Source: an uncultured Chloroflexia bacterium (GTDB lineage: Bacteria; Chloroflexota; Limnocylindria; Limnocylindrales; CSP1-4). From it: a stretch of 64,000 bases of DNA. The notes beneath the pieces were generated by a model that was not told the DNA's origin, ran no database searches, and saw nothing but the letters and a program-made list of their open reading frames with translations. Positions 9,854 through 20,873 of the stretch are shown piece by piece. How positions within the stretch are numbered: position 1 is the first letter of the stretch; each line of letters begins with the position of its first letter. The stretch covers positions 32,299 through 96,298 of the forward strand of contig CAVQUM010000010.1 of the NCBI GenBank assembly GCA_963716815.1, in the 5' to 3' direction. A program made the translations under genes and the position numbers.

Positions 9854-11134
9854 GTGTTCGAGGCCCTCGTCAACGCGTTCCGTGCGCCGGATATCCGCAA
9901 GCGCATCCTCTTCATCCTGGGGATGCTCATCATCGTGCGGATGCTGGCGCACGTTCCGGTGCCCGGCGTCGATCGTGACGCACTCGAGGGGCTGATCGGA
10001 GAGAACACCTTCCTGCAGATGCTCAACCTCTTCTCCGGAGGCGGCCTGCAGAACTTCTCCCTCATCGCCCTGGGCGTGAACCCCTACATCAACGCGTCGA
10101 TCATCATGCAGTTGATGACGGGCGTCGTGCCCCGCCTCCAGCAGCTCTCGCGCGAGGGCGAGTATGGCCGCCAGAAGATCAACTCGTACACCCGCCGTTT
10201 GACGGTGCTGCTGGCGATCCTGCAGGCCTACGGCTACCTGGCGCTGCTGAACGCGCGCGGCGTGGTCACCGACTTCGACATCACCAGCTTCGCCACGCTG
10301 ACCCAGATCATCACCCTCACGGCTGGCACCGTCCTGCTGATGTGGATCGGTGAGCTCATCAGCGAGCGCGGTATCGGCAACGGCATCAGCTTCATCATCT
10401 TCGCGGGCATCGTGGCCGGGCTGCTCGGCGCGGTGAACACCTTCCTGACCTCACCCGACCTCGCGGCCGGCCTGGCCTTCGGGGCCCTGGCCATCGCGGC
10501 CGTGATGATCATCGTCTACATCCAGGAGGGTCAGCGCCGCATCCCCATCCAGTATGCGAGCCGCGTGCGCGGCCGGCGCATGTACCAGGGTGGTGCCACG
10601 TTCCTGCCACTGCGCGTGAACCAGGCCGGCGTCATCCCCATCATCTTCGCCGTCTCCATCCTGCTCTTCCCGGTGCAGATGGCGACCTACTTCAGTGCCT
10701 CGGGTGGCGCCATCGAGGACGTCGCCAACATCATCATCGACTGGCTCAGCCAGAGCAGTCCGGTCTACGCCATCGTGTTCTTCCTGCTGGTCGTCGGATT
10801 CACGTACTTCTACACGGCGTTCACGTTCAAGCCCGATGAGACGGCCGACCAGCTTCGCAAGAACGGCGGCTTCATCCCGGGCATCCGGCCGGGTGCGCCG
10901 ACCCGCGACTACCTGGCCAAGGTGGTCTTCCGCATCAGCCTCGCCGGCGCCATCTTCCTGGGCACCGTCGCGGTCAGTCCCATCATCGTCGGCTGGTTCT
11001 TCGCCGGTAGCGTCGTCGGATCCTTCAGCCTCGGCGGCACATCGTTGCTGATCGTCGTCTCGGTCGTGGTGGAGACGATGAAACAGCTCGAGGCGCAGCT
11101 GATGATGCGCAACTACGAGGGGTTCATCAAGTGA
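9854..11134 (+). CDS. secY: Preprotein translocase subunit SecY
   Basis: 426 aa, 10-TM profile, in the conserved position between rplO and adk. Confidence 0.93.
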   Translation: MFEALVNAFRAPDIRKRILFILGMLIIVRMLAHVPVPGVDRDALEGLIGENTFLQMLNLFSGGGLQNFSLIALGVNPYINASIIMQLMTGVVPRLQQLSREGEYGRQKINSYTRRLTVLLAILQAYGYLALLNARGVVTDFDITSFATLTQIITLTAGTVLLMWIGELISERGIGNGISFIIFAGIVAGLLGAVNTFLTSPDLAAGLAFGALAIAAVMIIVYIQEGQRRIPIQYASRVRGRRMYQGGATFLPLRVNQAGVIPIIFAVSILLFPVQMATYFSASGGAIEDVANIIIDWLSQSSPVYAIVFFLLVVGFTYFYTAFTFKPDETADQLRKNGGFIPGIRPGAPTRDYLAKVVFRISLAGAIFLGTVAVSPIIVGWFFAGSVVGSFSLGGTSLLIVVSVVVETMKQLEAQLMMRNYEGFIK

Positions 11135-11841
11135 CATCGCAAGCTGCCGAACCGTCGGTGGCTCGCAAGCGGGGGAGTCGCCGCATCATCGTGATGATGG
11201 GTGCCCCGGGCGCGGGCAAGGGCACGCAGGCCGAGCGCCTGGCCCAGGAGCTGGGCCTGCCCCACGTCTCCACCGGCGAGCTCTTCCGAGCCATGCGCAA
11301 GAGCGACACGCCGCTGGCCAAGAAGGTGCGCGACATCATGGACGAAGGCGCGCTCGTGCCCGACGACATCGTGGTCGCCATGGTCGACGACCGCCTCGGC
11401 TGGAAGGACGCCGCCGCCGGCGTCATCCTCGATGGCTTCCCGCGCACCGTGGCCCAGGCCCGCGCGCTCGACGCCATGCTCCAGAGGTCCGGCACGGCCG
11501 TGAGCGCGGTGCCCTACATCGAGGTCCCGCAGGACCTGCTGCTGGCGCGTCTCACCGGCCGCCGCATCTGCACCGCGGACGATCAGCACGTCTATCACGT
11601 CGTGGCTATGTCCCCGCAGAAGGAGGGCATCTGCGACATCGACGGCGCCGAGCTGTACCAGCGTGCCGATGACTCCGAGGAGACCGTCCAGGGACGCCTC
11701 GACCAGCAGTTGCCGCCGATGTTCGAGGTCGTCGACTACTACGCCGAGAACAAGGTCCTCTTCCCGGTGCGCGGCGATCAGACGCCCGAGGAGGTCACGA
11801 CCGAACTGTTGCGCGTGGTCGCCCAGAGGAACGCCGTCTAG
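11131..11841 (+). CDS. adk: Adenylate kinase
   Basis: P-loop GAPGAGKGTQA and a lid domain. Overlaps the secY stop. Confidence 0.9.
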   Translation: MTSQAAEPSVARKRGSRRIIVMMGAPGAGKGTQAERLAQELGLPHVSTGELFRAMRKSDTPLAKKVRDIMDEGALVPDDIVVAMVDDRLGWKDAAAGVILDGFPRTVAQARALDAMLQRSGTAVSAVPYIEVPQDLLLARLTGRRICTADDQHVYHVVAMSPQKEGICDIDGAELYQRADDSEETVQGRLDQQLPPMFEVVDYYAENKVLFPVRGDQTPEEVTTELLRVVAQRNAV

Positions 11842-11843
11842 AC

Positions 11844-12668
11844 ATGCTCTTCGACCGTCGGCGCGTGGTGCTCAAGTCTCGATCGCAGATCGAGAAGATG
11901 GCCGTGGCCGGAGCCCTCACCGCAGCCGCGCTCGACGCGGTCGCCGAGGCCATCCGCCCGGGCCTGACGCCCTTGGCCCTCGACGCCATCGCCGACGAGG
12001 TCATCCGCGAGGGGGGAGGGACGCCCAACTTCATCGGCGTCCCCGGCGCGGCGGGACCGTACCGACACGCGACCTGCATCAGCATCGACGACGAGGTCGT
12101 CCATGGCATCCCCGATGACCGCGTCATCGAGGAGGGCATGATGGTCTCGGTCGACTGCGGTGCGAACGTCGACGGCTGGCACGGCGACTCCGCGCGCACC
12201 TTCCTCATGGGCGACGTGCCCGAGCAGATGCGGGCGCTCTCGGAGGTCACGCGCGCAGGCATGCTCGCGGGCGTGAAGGCCTCGATCCCGGGCGCCACGC
12301 TCGAGGACGTGGCCGGTGCCGTCGAGGACGTCGGGCTGGCCGCCGGCTACGGCATCGTGCGCGGCTACGTCGGCCACGGCATCGGCAACGAGATGCACGA
12401 GGAGCCGCAGGTCACCAACTACCGCACCGGCCGCCGTGGGCGCGTCATCGAGCCCGGCCTGTGCATCGCCATCGAGCCCATGTTCACCGTCGGCTCCTTC
12501 GAGACCAGGGTCAAGCCCGACGGCTGGACCGTGGCTACCGCCGACGGCAGCCTGGCTGCCCACTGGGAACACACCATCGCCGTCACCGCCGACGGCCCGC
12601 GCATCCTGACGTTGGCCGCCGGTGAGATCGTCGAGGGCCTGACCACCTCAGCCGCGGTGGGCGCATGA
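11844..12668 (+). CDS. map: Type I methionine aminopeptidase
   Basis: 274 aa with the pita-bread metal ligands of MAP (D...D...H...E...E). In the conserved position after adk. Confidence 0.9.
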   Translation: MLFDRRRVVLKSRSQIEKMAVAGALTAAALDAVAEAIRPGLTPLALDAIADEVIREGGGTPNFIGVPGAAGPYRHATCISIDDEVVHGIPDDRVIEEGMMVSVDCGANVDGWHGDSARTFLMGDVPEQMRALSEVTRAGMLAGVKASIPGATLEDVAGAVEDVGLAAGYGIVRGYVGHGIGNEMHEEPQVTNYRTGRRGRVIEPGLCIAIEPMFTVGSFETRVKPDGWTVATADGSLAAHWEHTIAVTADGPRILTLAAGEIVEGLTTSAAVGA

Positions 12669-12726
12669 GCACCACTGCGACGAGGGTTGCCGGTCCTCGC
12701 CGAGTTCTGATACACTCACTCTTCGC

Positions 12727-12747
12727 GCGCCGGGAATGCCCCGGCGC
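12727..12747 (+). terminator. GC-rich hairpin (gcgccggg-aatg-cccggcgc) in the map-infA intergenic region
   Basis: Perfect 8-bp inverted repeat with a 4-nt loop, seen directly. May terminate or attenuate upstream of infA. Confidence 0.35.
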
Positions 12748-12828
12748 TTGCTGGCGCCCCGCCGACCGTCTCGGTTCTGGCGTCGGGCCCGATCATTCCA
12801 ACAAGTAGTCGGGGTCTAGCGGTCGCCT

Positions 12829-13047
12829 GTGGCTAAACGAGATGCAATCGAGGTCGAAGGTACGGTCATCGAGCCGTTGCCCAACACCATGTTCCGGATC
12901 GAGCTCGAGGACAAGCATCAGGTGCTGGCGCACATCAGCGGCAAGCTGCGCATGAACTTCATCCGCATCCTCCCCGGCGACCGCGTTCGCGTGGAGCTGT
13001 CGCCATACGACCTCTCCCGCGGCCGCATCACCTATCGACTCAAGTAG
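12829..13047 (+). CDS. infA: Translation initiation factor IF-1
   Basis: 72 aa with a GTG start, [41 protein letters not shown]... Confidence 0.93.
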   Translation: MAKRDAIEVEGTVIEPLPNTMFRIELEDKHQVLAHISGKLRMNFIRILPGDRVRVELSPYDLSRGRITYRLK

Positions 13048-13064
13048 GACACGGACAGAACGAC

Positions 13065-13178
13065 GTGAAGGTCTCTGCATCGGTAAAGAGGCGCTGCGAT
13101 CGCTGCAAGGTGATTCGGCGCAAGGGGCGAGTGATGATCATCTGCTCCAACCCCAAGCATAAGCAGCGTCAGGGCTAG
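13065..13178 (+). CDS. rpmJ: 50S ribosomal protein L36
   Basis: 37 aa, [37 protein letters not shown] is the bL36 zinc-ribbon sequence. Absent from the ORF track because it is short. Confidence 0.9.
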   Translation: MKVSASVKRRCDRCKVIRRKGRVMIICSNPKHKQRQG

Positions 13179-13186
13179 GAGGAACG

Positions 13187-13558
13187 GTGGCACGTATCGC
13201 CGGCATCGACATCCCCCGCGAGAAGCGGGTGGAGATCGCGCTGACCTACATCTACGGGATCGGGCTGCCCACCAGCCAGAAGGTCCTCGCACAAGCCAAC
13301 GTGAATCCGGACACCCGCGTCCGTGACCTCACCGATGAGCAGGTCAACCGCCTGCGCGACATCATCGACCGCCGTTACACCGTCGAGGGCGACCTTCGCC
13401 GCGAGACGGCCATGAACATCAAGCGGCTCACCGAGATCGGTTCCTACCGCGGCCTGCGGCATCGGCGCAACCTGCCGGTCCGTGGCCAGCGCACCAAGAC
13501 CAACGCACGCCAGCGGCGCGGTCCCAAGAAGACCGTCGGCGTCCGGCGCAAGAAGTAA
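13187..13558 (+). CDS. rpsM: 30S ribosomal protein S13
   Basis: 123 aa with a GTG start, [26 protein letters not shown]... Confidence 0.95.
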   Translation: MARIAGIDIPREKRVEIALTYIYGIGLPTSQKVLAQANVNPDTRVRDLTDEQVNRLRDIIDRRYTVEGDLRRETAMNIKRLTEIGSYRGLRHRRNLPVRGQRTKTNARQRRGPKKTVGVRRKK

Positions 13559-13631
13559 CCCAGGAGTCGCGACGGCCCGGTCCCAGTAGCCGGTCGACCG
13601 CGCGGCGATACGCAGGAGAGACACTCGATCG

Positions 13632-14027
13632 ATGGCGGAACGAAAGCGCGCCACGAAGTCCAGGCGCAAGGAGAAGAAGAACGTGCCCTCGGGGCACGTC
13701 CATATCCAGGCGTCCTTCAACAACACGATCGTGACGATCACGGACCTCAGTGGTGCAGTCGTGGCTTGGGGTAGCGCCGGCACGGCCGGTTTCAAGGGCT
13801 CCCGCAAGTCCACGCCGTACGCCGCCGCACTCGCGGCCGACGGTGCCGCCAAGCGCGCCATGGAGCATGGCATGCGCCAGATCGAGGTCTTCGTGAAGGG
13901 TCCCGGTTCAGGCCGCGAGCAGGCCATCCGCTCGCTGCAGGCCGCCGGCCTGGAGGTCAGCGCCATCACCGACGTCACCCCACTCCCGCACAACGGCTGC
14001 CGCGCCCCCAAGCGGCGCCGGGTCTAG
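13632..14027 (+). CDS. rpsK: 30S ribosomal protein S11
   Basis: 131 aa with ...[17 protein letters not shown]... of uS11. Confidence 0.95.
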   Translation: MAERKRATKSRRKEKKNVPSGHVHIQASFNNTIVTITDLSGAVVAWGSAGTAGFKGSRKSTPYAAALAADGAAKRAMEHGMRQIEVFVKGPGSGREQAIRSLQAAGLEVSAITDVTPLPHNGCRAPKRRRV

Positions 14028-14037
14028 GGAGGCAGCC

Positions 14038-14664
<627 letters not shown>

Positions 14665-14673
14665 CGCCAGCAC

Positions 14674-15714
14674 ATGATCGAGTTGGAGAACGACCACGCC
14701 CAGATCGAGTCCGTCGAGGAGCTCGAGACCGAGACGTACGGCAAGTACGAGGCCAGCCCCCTGCGCGCCGGCTACGGCGTCACCCTGGGCAACGCCCTGC
14801 GCCGCGTCCTGCTCTCGTCCCTTGAGGGCGCGGCTGTGACGTCGGTACAGATCCGAGACGTCAGTCACGAGTTCAGCACCATCGCCGGGGTCAAGGAGGA
14901 TGTCATCCAGATCCTCCTCAACCTCAAGCGGCTGCGGCTCAAGAGCTACGTCCCACACCCCACCCAGCTGAAGCTGGTCAAGGGCGGCGCCGGTCCCGTC
15001 ACCGCGGCCGACATCGTCGAATCCGCGGACGTCGAGATCGTCAATCCCGACCAGCACATCCTGACGCTGGAGCCGGACGCGACCATCGAGATGGACCTGA
15101 CCGTGGAGCGGGGCACCGGCTACCTGTCCGCCGATGACACCAAGGAAGGCCTGCCCATCGGCGTCATCCCCGTCGATGCCATCTTCACGCCCGTGCGCAA
15201 GGTCGACTATCACGTCGAGAACACCCGTGTGAAGCAGGTCACCAACTACGACAAGCTGACCCTGGAGATCCAGACCGACGGCACCATCTCCCCGGAGGAG
15301 GCGCTCTCGCGTGCGGCGGAGATGCTCGTGGAGCAGTTCAGCCAGTTCACGACGGCCGGCCGGCAGCTCACCAGCGAGGTCGAGGCCGTCAGCGGCCAGG
15401 AGGCCCTGCCGCCCAACGTGCTCGATATGCCCATCGAGGACCTGGACCTGCCCATGCGGGCCTACAACTCGCTCAAGCGCAACAACATCGTCAAGGTCGG
15501 GCAGCTGTTGCAGCTTCAGGACGAAGACCTGCTGCGGATGCGCAACTTCGGCAAGAAGTCCCTCGATGAGATGAAGGAACGCCTGCGCATGCGCGGCTTC
15601 CTGCCGCCCGAGGACGTCGACGGTGATGTCGATGAGCTGGGCGCGGTCGATGAACTCGAGGCGGAGGATGTCGAAGACATGGCCGCGGACGAGCCGTTCA
15701 AGGAGGACGACTAG
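14674..15714 (+). CDS. rpoA: DNA-directed RNA polymerase subunit alpha
   Basis: 346 aa with an N-terminal domain and C-terminal domain (...NSLKRNNIVKVGQLLQ...) and an acidic tail. Confidence 0.95.
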   Translation: MIELENDHAQIESVEELETETYGKYEASPLRAGYGVTLGNALRRVLLSSLEGAAVTSVQIRDVSHEFSTIAGVKEDVIQILLNLKRLRLKSYVPHPTQLKLVKGGAGPVTAADIVESADVEIVNPDQHILTLEPDATIEMDLTVERGTGYLSADDTKEGLPIGVIPVDAIFTPVRKVDYHVENTRVKQVTNYDKLTLEIQTDGTISPEEALSRAAEMLVEQFSQFTTAGRQLTSEVEAVSGQEALPPNVLDMPIEDLDLPMRAYNSLKRNNIVKVGQLLQLQDEDLLRMRNFGKKSLDEMKERLRMRGFLPPEDVDGDVDELGAVDELEAEDVEDMAADEPFKEDD

Positions 15715-15717
15715 CCG

Positions 15718-16071
15718 ATGGCCCACCGCATCGACGGCCGCAAGTTCGGGCGCAAGACCGCCCCGCGCAAGGCCATGTACGCCAACCTCATCGTGTCCGT
15801 GTTGCGCTACGAACAGATCAAGACCACCGAGGCGCGCGCCAAGGAGGTGCGCGGCATGGTCGAGCGTGTCATCACGCTCTCCAAGAGCGGGACCCTCGCC
15901 GACCGGCGCCGCATCGTGGCCGAGCTGCCCGATGAGCCGCTCGTCATCGAGAAGCTCTACGACGAGATCGTTCCCCGCTACGGGGACCGCAACTCGGGCT
16001 ACACCCGGATCGTCAAGCTTGGCCCAAGGCCCGGCGACAGCGCTCCGATGGTCCAGCTCGAGCTGGTCTAA
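15718..16071 (+). CDS. rplQ: 50S ribosomal protein L17
   Basis: 117 aa, MAHRIDGRKFGRKTAPRKAM... Confidence 0.95.
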   Translation: MAHRIDGRKFGRKTAPRKAMYANLIVSVLRYEQIKTTEARAKEVRGMVERVITLSKSGTLADRRRIVAELPDEPLVIEKLYDEIVPRYGDRNSGYTRIVKLGPRPGDSAPMVQLELV

Positions 16072-16118
16072 CCAACCCACACGACCGGGCGCGACAGCGT
16101 CAGGACGCGAGGGACAAG

Positions 16119-16928
16119 ATGAAGCTCGCCCGAGAGGGCGGCTCCGTGCGGTACCGCGCACGGGTCGAATACGACGGCACGGAGTTCGCCGGCTTCCAGG
16201 CCCAGCCTGGTCGTCGGACCGTCCAGGGAGAGCTGGAGCGGGTGTTGGCCTACCTTTCGGGTGAGCCCACCTTCCGGGTCAAAGCGGCCGGTCGGACGGA
16301 CGCCGGGGTGCATGCCACCGGGCAGGTGATCGCTTTCACCTGGCGCTGGGGCATGACCGCGAAGGAGCTCGGTCAGGCTGTCGGGTCGCTACTGCCACCC
16401 GACATCGCGATCGGGCCGCTCACGCGGGTAGCGCTCGACTTCGATCCGCGTCGCGCAGCGACGCGGAGGGAGTACCGCTACAGCATCTGGACGGGACCGC
16501 GGAAGCCAACCGCGAACCGCTACCGCTACGAACTCGATGAACGTCTCGACGCCGAGGCCATGCATGCCGCCGCCCAGCACCTGGTCGGCAGCCATGACTT
16601 CTCGGCTTTCGGGAGCGTTCAGCACACCTCGGTCCGGACGCTCTACGAGATTCGGGTCCGCAGGCAGGGCCACCTGGTCACGATCGACGTGATCGGAGAC
16701 GCCTTCCTGCGACAGATGGTGCGCAGCATCGTGGCCGCGCTCATCCGTATCGGGATGGGCCGGGCCACGGCGGAAGACCTGGCCGGCGAGCTGCGCTCGC
16801 CGGGGAGGGCTTTCGACGGGGCGGTCGTCCCAGCGCGGGGCCTGTGCCTGCGTCGGGTCACGATCGGTCCGCGCCAACGCAAGACAACGTCAACCACCAG
16901 GAACAAGGAAGTACGACAGGGGCCATGA
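16119..16928 (+). CDS. truA: tRNA pseudouridine(38-40) synthase
   Basis: 269 aa with ...RTDAGVHATGQV... catalytic Asp motif. In the conserved position after rplQ. Confidence 0.88.
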   Translation: MKLAREGGSVRYRARVEYDGTEFAGFQAQPGRRTVQGELERVLAYLSGEPTFRVKAAGRTDAGVHATGQVIAFTWRWGMTAKELGQAVGSLLPPDIAIGPLTRVALDFDPRRAATRREYRYSIWTGPRKPTANRYRYELDERLDAEAMHAAAQHLVGSHDFSAFGSVQHTSVRTLYEIRVRRQGHLVTIDVIGDAFLRQMVRSIVAALIRIGMGRATAEDLAGELRSPGRAFDGAVVPARGLCLRRVTIGPRQRKTTSTTRNKEVRQGP

Positions 16929-17368
16929 GCAGGACCTACACGCCCAAGGCAAGTGAGATCGAGCGCCAGTGGCTGGTCGTCGACGCCAACGGTCAGACGC
17001 TCGGCCGTCTCGCCACGCGTGTGGCGCGACTGCTGACCGGCAAGCACAAGCCGACCTATTCGACGCACATGGACACCGGCGATCATGTCATCGTCATCAA
17101 TGCCGAGAAGATCAAGGTCACCGGGGCCAAGCTCGAGTCGAAGTACTACTACCGCCATAGCGGCTACCCGGGTGGCTTCCGCGAGGAGAAGCTGAGCCAC
17201 CTGCTGGAGCGCCGGCCCGAGGAGGTCGTGCGGCGCGCGGTGAAGGGCATGGTTCCGCACACGCGCCTCGGCACCCAGCAGCTACGCAAGCTCAAGGTCT
17301 ACGCCGGGAAGGATCACCCGCACGAGGCACAGCAGCCGGTTCCCGCTCCGGCAGGAGGCGCTAACTGA
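16925..17368 (+). CDS. rplM: 50S ribosomal protein L13
   Basis: [31 protein letters not shown]... The ATG overlaps the truA stop. Confidence 0.95.
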   Translation: MSRTYTPKASEIERQWLVVDANGQTLGRLATRVARLLTGKHKPTYSTHMDTGDHVIVINAEKIKVTGAKLESKYYYRHSGYPGGFREEKLSHLLERRPEEVVRRAVKGMVPHTRLGTQQLRKLKVYAGKDHPHEAQQPVPAPAGGAN

Positions 17369-17766
17369 TGAACCAGGTCACCTTCTTCGAGGGCACCGGC
17401 CGCCGCAAGACGGCCATCGCCCGCGTCCGCCTGCTCGCTGGCGAGGGTGAGGTCGTGGTCAACGGCGAAAGCCTCGAAGAGCACTTCGGTAACGCCGTCG
17501 ACCTCAACGACATCCTCATGCCCTTCCGCGTCACCGGTACCGAGGGCAAGTTCAACGCCATGGTCAAGGTGCACGGTGGTGGCCATCACGGTCAGGCCGG
17601 AGCCATCCGCCACGGCATCGCCCGGGCCATCCTCCAGAGCGATCCCGAGGGTGCTCGCGCACCGCTGCGCCAGGCTGGCCTGCTCTCGCGCGACCCGCGC
17701 ATGAAGGAGCGCAAGAAGTACGGCCTCAAGCGAGCCCGCAAGGCGCCGCAGTTCACCAAGCGCTAG
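17368..17766 (+). CDS. rpsI: 30S ribosomal protein S9
   Basis: 132 aa ending ...[17 protein letters not shown]. Confidence 0.95.
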   Translation: MNQVTFFEGTGRRKTAIARVRLLAGEGEVVVNGESLEEHFGNAVDLNDILMPFRVTGTEGKFNAMVKVHGGGHHGQAGAIRHGIARAILQSDPEGARAPLRQAGLLSRDPRMKERKKYGLKRARKAPQFTKR

Positions 17767-17772
17767 CCCGCC

Positions 17773-17882
17773 GGCCGCGTATCGCGGCCCATCGTCTGGC
17801 CCGGGGTGGGCGACCACCCCGGAGCTGCGGGACGACACACCCGTCGGAAGCCCGGGGCCGTCACGGTATCGTCCCGGGCTTC
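17773..17882 (+). terminator. Two GC-rich stem-loops after rpsI: ggccgcg-tat-cgcggcc at 17773-17789 and gaagcccggg-N16-cccgggcttc at 17847-17882
   Basis: Perfect inverted repeats seen directly in the sequence. They lie at the end of the rplM-rpsI unit. No U-tract follows, as is common in high-GC genomes. Confidence 0.45.
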
Positions 17883-17885
17883 GTC

Positions 17886-18653
17886 ATGCCCGATACTGGA
17901 GCGACCATGACCGAGACCGCTTCGACCCGCTACAAGCAGGCCTTGCAGCGTGGCCACGTGGCGGTCGTCAGGGGCCGTCCGCGCGAGGCCGTCGAGCACT
18001 ATCGAGAAGCGGCCAGCCTGGCCCCCGACCGGCCGCTGCCGCTCGTGCGCATCGGCGAGGTCCTGCTCCAGATGGAAGAGCCGCGCAACGCGCTGGTGGC
18101 CTACCAGGCGGCGCTCGATCGCGCGCCCGACGACGTCACCGCTCTGCGCGGGATGGCGGCGGCGCTGGCCGCGGACGGGCACGAGCCGGAGGCTCGCTTG
18201 GCCGCCGAACGAGCATCCCGGCTCGAGGCCGCCGAACGGGCTGGTCTCGGCGGCCATGGTCCACGCCGGCCGGTCGACCCGCGCCTGGCCGAGTTCGAGG
18301 GCCACGCCATCAGCGGTGCGCTCGCCCGCCGCGCCGGCGATCGGGGTATCGCTGCTGCGGCCTACCTGGTGGCGGCCAACGGCTTCGTTTCGGTGGGCGA
18401 CTTCGAGGCCGCCCTGGACGCCTGCCTGCACGGGCTCGAGGCCCAGCCGGGCAACATCGACATCCACTTCGTCATGGCGGTGATCTACCTGCGCCGCGGC
18501 TGGAACGAGCTGGGCGTGCAGCGGGCGCTCTTGATCGAGCGCCGGCTCGATATCGATGACGACCCGCTCCGGCGCAACGCGCTCGCGGCGCTGGCGCGTG
18601 ACTTCCGCACGCGTGCCCCGGAGCTGGAGCGCCTGGCCACCATCACGGCCTGA
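17886..18653 (+). CDS. Tetratricopeptide-repeat protein
   Basis: 255 aa. Ala/Leu-rich helical repeats with TPR-like spacing (...AVEHYREAASLAPDRPLPLVRIGEVLLQMEEPRNALVAYQAALDRAPDD...). Confidence 0.6.
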   Translation: MPDTGATMTETASTRYKQALQRGHVAVVRGRPREAVEHYREAASLAPDRPLPLVRIGEVLLQMEEPRNALVAYQAALDRAPDDVTALRGMAAALAADGHEPEARLAAERASRLEAAERAGLGGHGPRRPVDPRLAEFEGHAISGALARRAGDRGIAAAAYLVAANGFVSVGDFEAALDACLHGLEAQPGNIDIHFVMAVIYLRRGWNELGVQRALLIERRLDIDDDPLRRNALAALARDFRTRAPELERLATITA

Positions 18654-18711
18654 AGCGAGCGCGGGGTCGAGCACGGACCTCGTCTCGCGGCGGTGGTAGT
18701 CTCAGCCGCAG

Positions 18712-19662
18712 ATGGACCAGCTGCGTGACCTTGCCGCGGACCTGCGGATCGAACCGAGCGCACTGCTCGATATCTTCCTGACCGCGGTCCTCATCTACCT
18801 CGTGTTGCGCCTCATCCAGGGCACCCGCGCGGTCCGCCTGGCCATCGGCGCGGCCATCGTCTACGCCGTCTACTTGTTCGCGCTCGAGCTCGACCTGCAG
18901 CTGCTCTCGGGCATCCTCCAGACCGGCGCGGTGGTGGGCCTGGTGGCGCTGGTGGTGGTCTTCCAGCCGGAGTTGCGGCGCGGACTCGATCGCCTCGGCC
19001 GCGTGGGCGCGCGGGCCTTCATCGGCAACGCCGAGAGCAGCTACCAGCGCGTGGCCGGCCTGCTGGCCTCGTCGGCGGCCAAGCTGACCCGCCGGCGCAC
19101 CGGCGCGCTCATCGTCATCGAACGTGACACGGGCCTCAACGACATGGCCGAGACCGGCGTCTTCATGCACGCCGACCTCTCGGCCGAGCTGCTGGCCTCG
19201 CTCTTCGCGCCTGGCTACCCGCTCCACGATGGGGCCGTAGTGGTGCACGGCGACGAGATCGTGGCCGCGGGCGTGATGCTGCCGCTGGCCGAGCGCGACG
19301 CCTCCTTGGAGCAGTACGGCACGCGTCACCGGGCGGCCCTGGGCGTGACCGAGCAGACCGATGCGGTGGCCATCGTGGTCAGCGAGGAGAGCGGCACCAT
19401 CAGCCTGGCCGTGGGCTCCACCATCGTGCGCGGCCTCGACGAGGACGAGCTGCGCCAGCGTCTCTACGCCCTGCTGGCGCCGCCCGACGTGGGCACCCAC
19501 GCTCGCCGTCTTCCACTCTGGCGCAACGGCGAGAAGCGCGCGCCAGCCGTCGACGTGCCGGCTGCGGACGTGTCCGCGGACACGGCTACGGATACGGACG
19601 CGGACGCGGGGCCCGACGCGGACACGGTGCGGGCCAGCCACAAGGAGGGGACCGGCGCATGA
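18712..19662 (+). CDS. cdaA: Diadenylate cyclase CdaA (membrane-anchored DAC-domain c-di-AMP synthase)
   Basis: Three N-terminal TM helices, then a DAC domain: GALIVIERDTGL...LHDGAVVVHGDEIVAAGVMLPL...RHRAALGVTEQTDAVAIVVSEESGTISLA. Confidence 0.85.
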   Translation: MDQLRDLAADLRIEPSALLDIFLTAVLIYLVLRLIQGTRAVRLAIGAAIVYAVYLFALELDLQLLSGILQTGAVVGLVALVVVFQPELRRGLDRLGRVGARAFIGNAESSYQRVAGLLASSAAKLTRRRTGALIVIERDTGLNDMAETGVFMHADLSAELLASLFAPGYPLHDGAVVVHGDEIVAAGVMLPLAERDASLEQYGTRHRAALGVTEQTDAVAIVVSEESGTISLAVGSTIVRGLDEDELRQRLYALLAPPDVGTHARRLPLWRNGEKRAPAVDVPAADVSADTATDTDADAGPDADTVRASHKEGTGA

Positions 19663-20873
19663 CCGGAATCGCGCGCGCGGTCTTCAGCAACTGGCCCCTG
19701 AAGCTCACCGCCCTGGGCCTGGCCGTCGTGCTCTACATGGGCGTGGCCATCTCCGAGTCGACCCGGTCGTGGACCGGCCCGGTGCCCATCGAGGTGCTCA
19801 ACGCACCGACCGGAGGTGCCCTTCTGAGCGACCCAGGCGTGGTCCAGCACATCGAGTTCCGCGCGCCCGACGAGGTCGTCGACGTGCTCACCAACGACAG
19901 CTTCCGAGCCTCGATCGATCTCTCCTCGGTCGAGCCGCGGCCCGGTGCGGCCACCGTCGAGGTGCCGGTCGACGTCTTCCCGCTCGACCCACGCGTGCGC
20001 GTCGTCGACTACGAGCCCGCAGGTGTGATCGTGCAGGTCGACGAGGTCGTTCGCCGGGTCATGCCCGTGGAGATCGACCACGGACCGCTGCCCGAAGGCA
20101 TCGAGCTGGGTCCGGTGAGTGTGGACCCGGCGCTGGTGACCATCAGCGGCGCCTCGTCGCGCATGCAGAACGTGCGCACCGTCGAGGGCCGTGTCGTGGT
20201 CGATGCCAGCGGCATCAACATCGATCAGGACGTCGTCGTCGAGGCCTTCGACGAGGTCGGCGCCATCGTGCCCGGGGTCGAGGTCGAGCCCGCCCGGGTG
20301 CGCGTGCAGGCCGATGCCGCGGTACAGCTGGCCTATGCCACCCTGCCGGTCATCCCCCAGCTCAGTGGCCAGCCGGCCCGCGGCCAGCGCGTCGATCACG
20401 TCTCGGTGCTGCCTGCGACCGTGACGGTCAGCGGCGAGAACTCCGACATCCGACAACTCGATGCGGTCCTCACCGAGCCGGTCGACATCAGCGGCCAGGA
20501 GGTGGAGCTGGTGACGGAGGTGCCGCTGGTCCTGCCCGAGGAAGTGACCGCCACCGCGTCGGAGCCGGTGACCGTCATCGTCACCTTCACCGAGGCGGTG
20601 GGCTCGCGCAGCTACGAGGTCGGCACGGCCCTCACCGGTGCCCAGCCGGGCTACCGCTACCAACTCGAGCAGCCCTCGGTCGACGTGGTCCTCTCGGGGT
20701 CGGTTCGCGCACTCGACGAGCTGGAACTCGAGCAGGTCATCGTGGAGGTGCCGGTGGGAGACCTCGAGGTGGGCGACAATGAGGTCATGCCAACCGTCCG
20801 AACCCCCCGCGGCGTGACCGTCGTGCGTCTCATCCCCGAGACCGTCCGCGTCACGGTCGACCAGGCCTCGTGA
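19659..20873 (+). CDS. cdaR: CdaA regulator CdaR (YbbR-like repeat protein)
   Basis: 404 aa with an N-terminal TM anchor and repeated beta-rich YbbR-like segments. Overlaps the cdaA stop (ATGA) and directly precedes glmM, as in Firmicute cdaA-cdaR-glmM operons. Confidence 0.7.
   Translation: MTGIARAVFSNWPLKLTALGLAVVLYMGVAISESTRSWTGPVPIEVLNAPTGGALLSDPGVVQHIEFRAPDEVVDVLTNDSFRASIDLSSVEPRPGAATVEVPVDVFPLDPRVRVVDYEPAGVIVQVDEVVRRVMPVEIDHGPLPEGIELGPVSVDPALVTISGASSRMQNVRTVEGRVVVDASGINIDQDVVVEAFDEVGAIVPGVEVEPARVRVQADAAVQLAYATLPVIPQLSGQPARGQRVDHVSVLPATVTVSGENSDIRQLDAVLTEPVDISGQEVELVTEVPLVLPEEVTATASEPVTVIVTFTEAVGSRSYEVGTALTGAQPGYRYQLEQPSVDVVLSGSVRALDELELEQVIVEVPVGDLEVGDNEVMPTVRTPRGVTVVRLIPETVRVTVDQAS

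Noticed and set aside
19361-20782. 473-aa Arg-rich plus-strand ORF overlapping cdaA/cdaR in another frame
   Set aside because: Alternate-frame artifact. cdaA and cdaR in their own frames have clear domain signatures.
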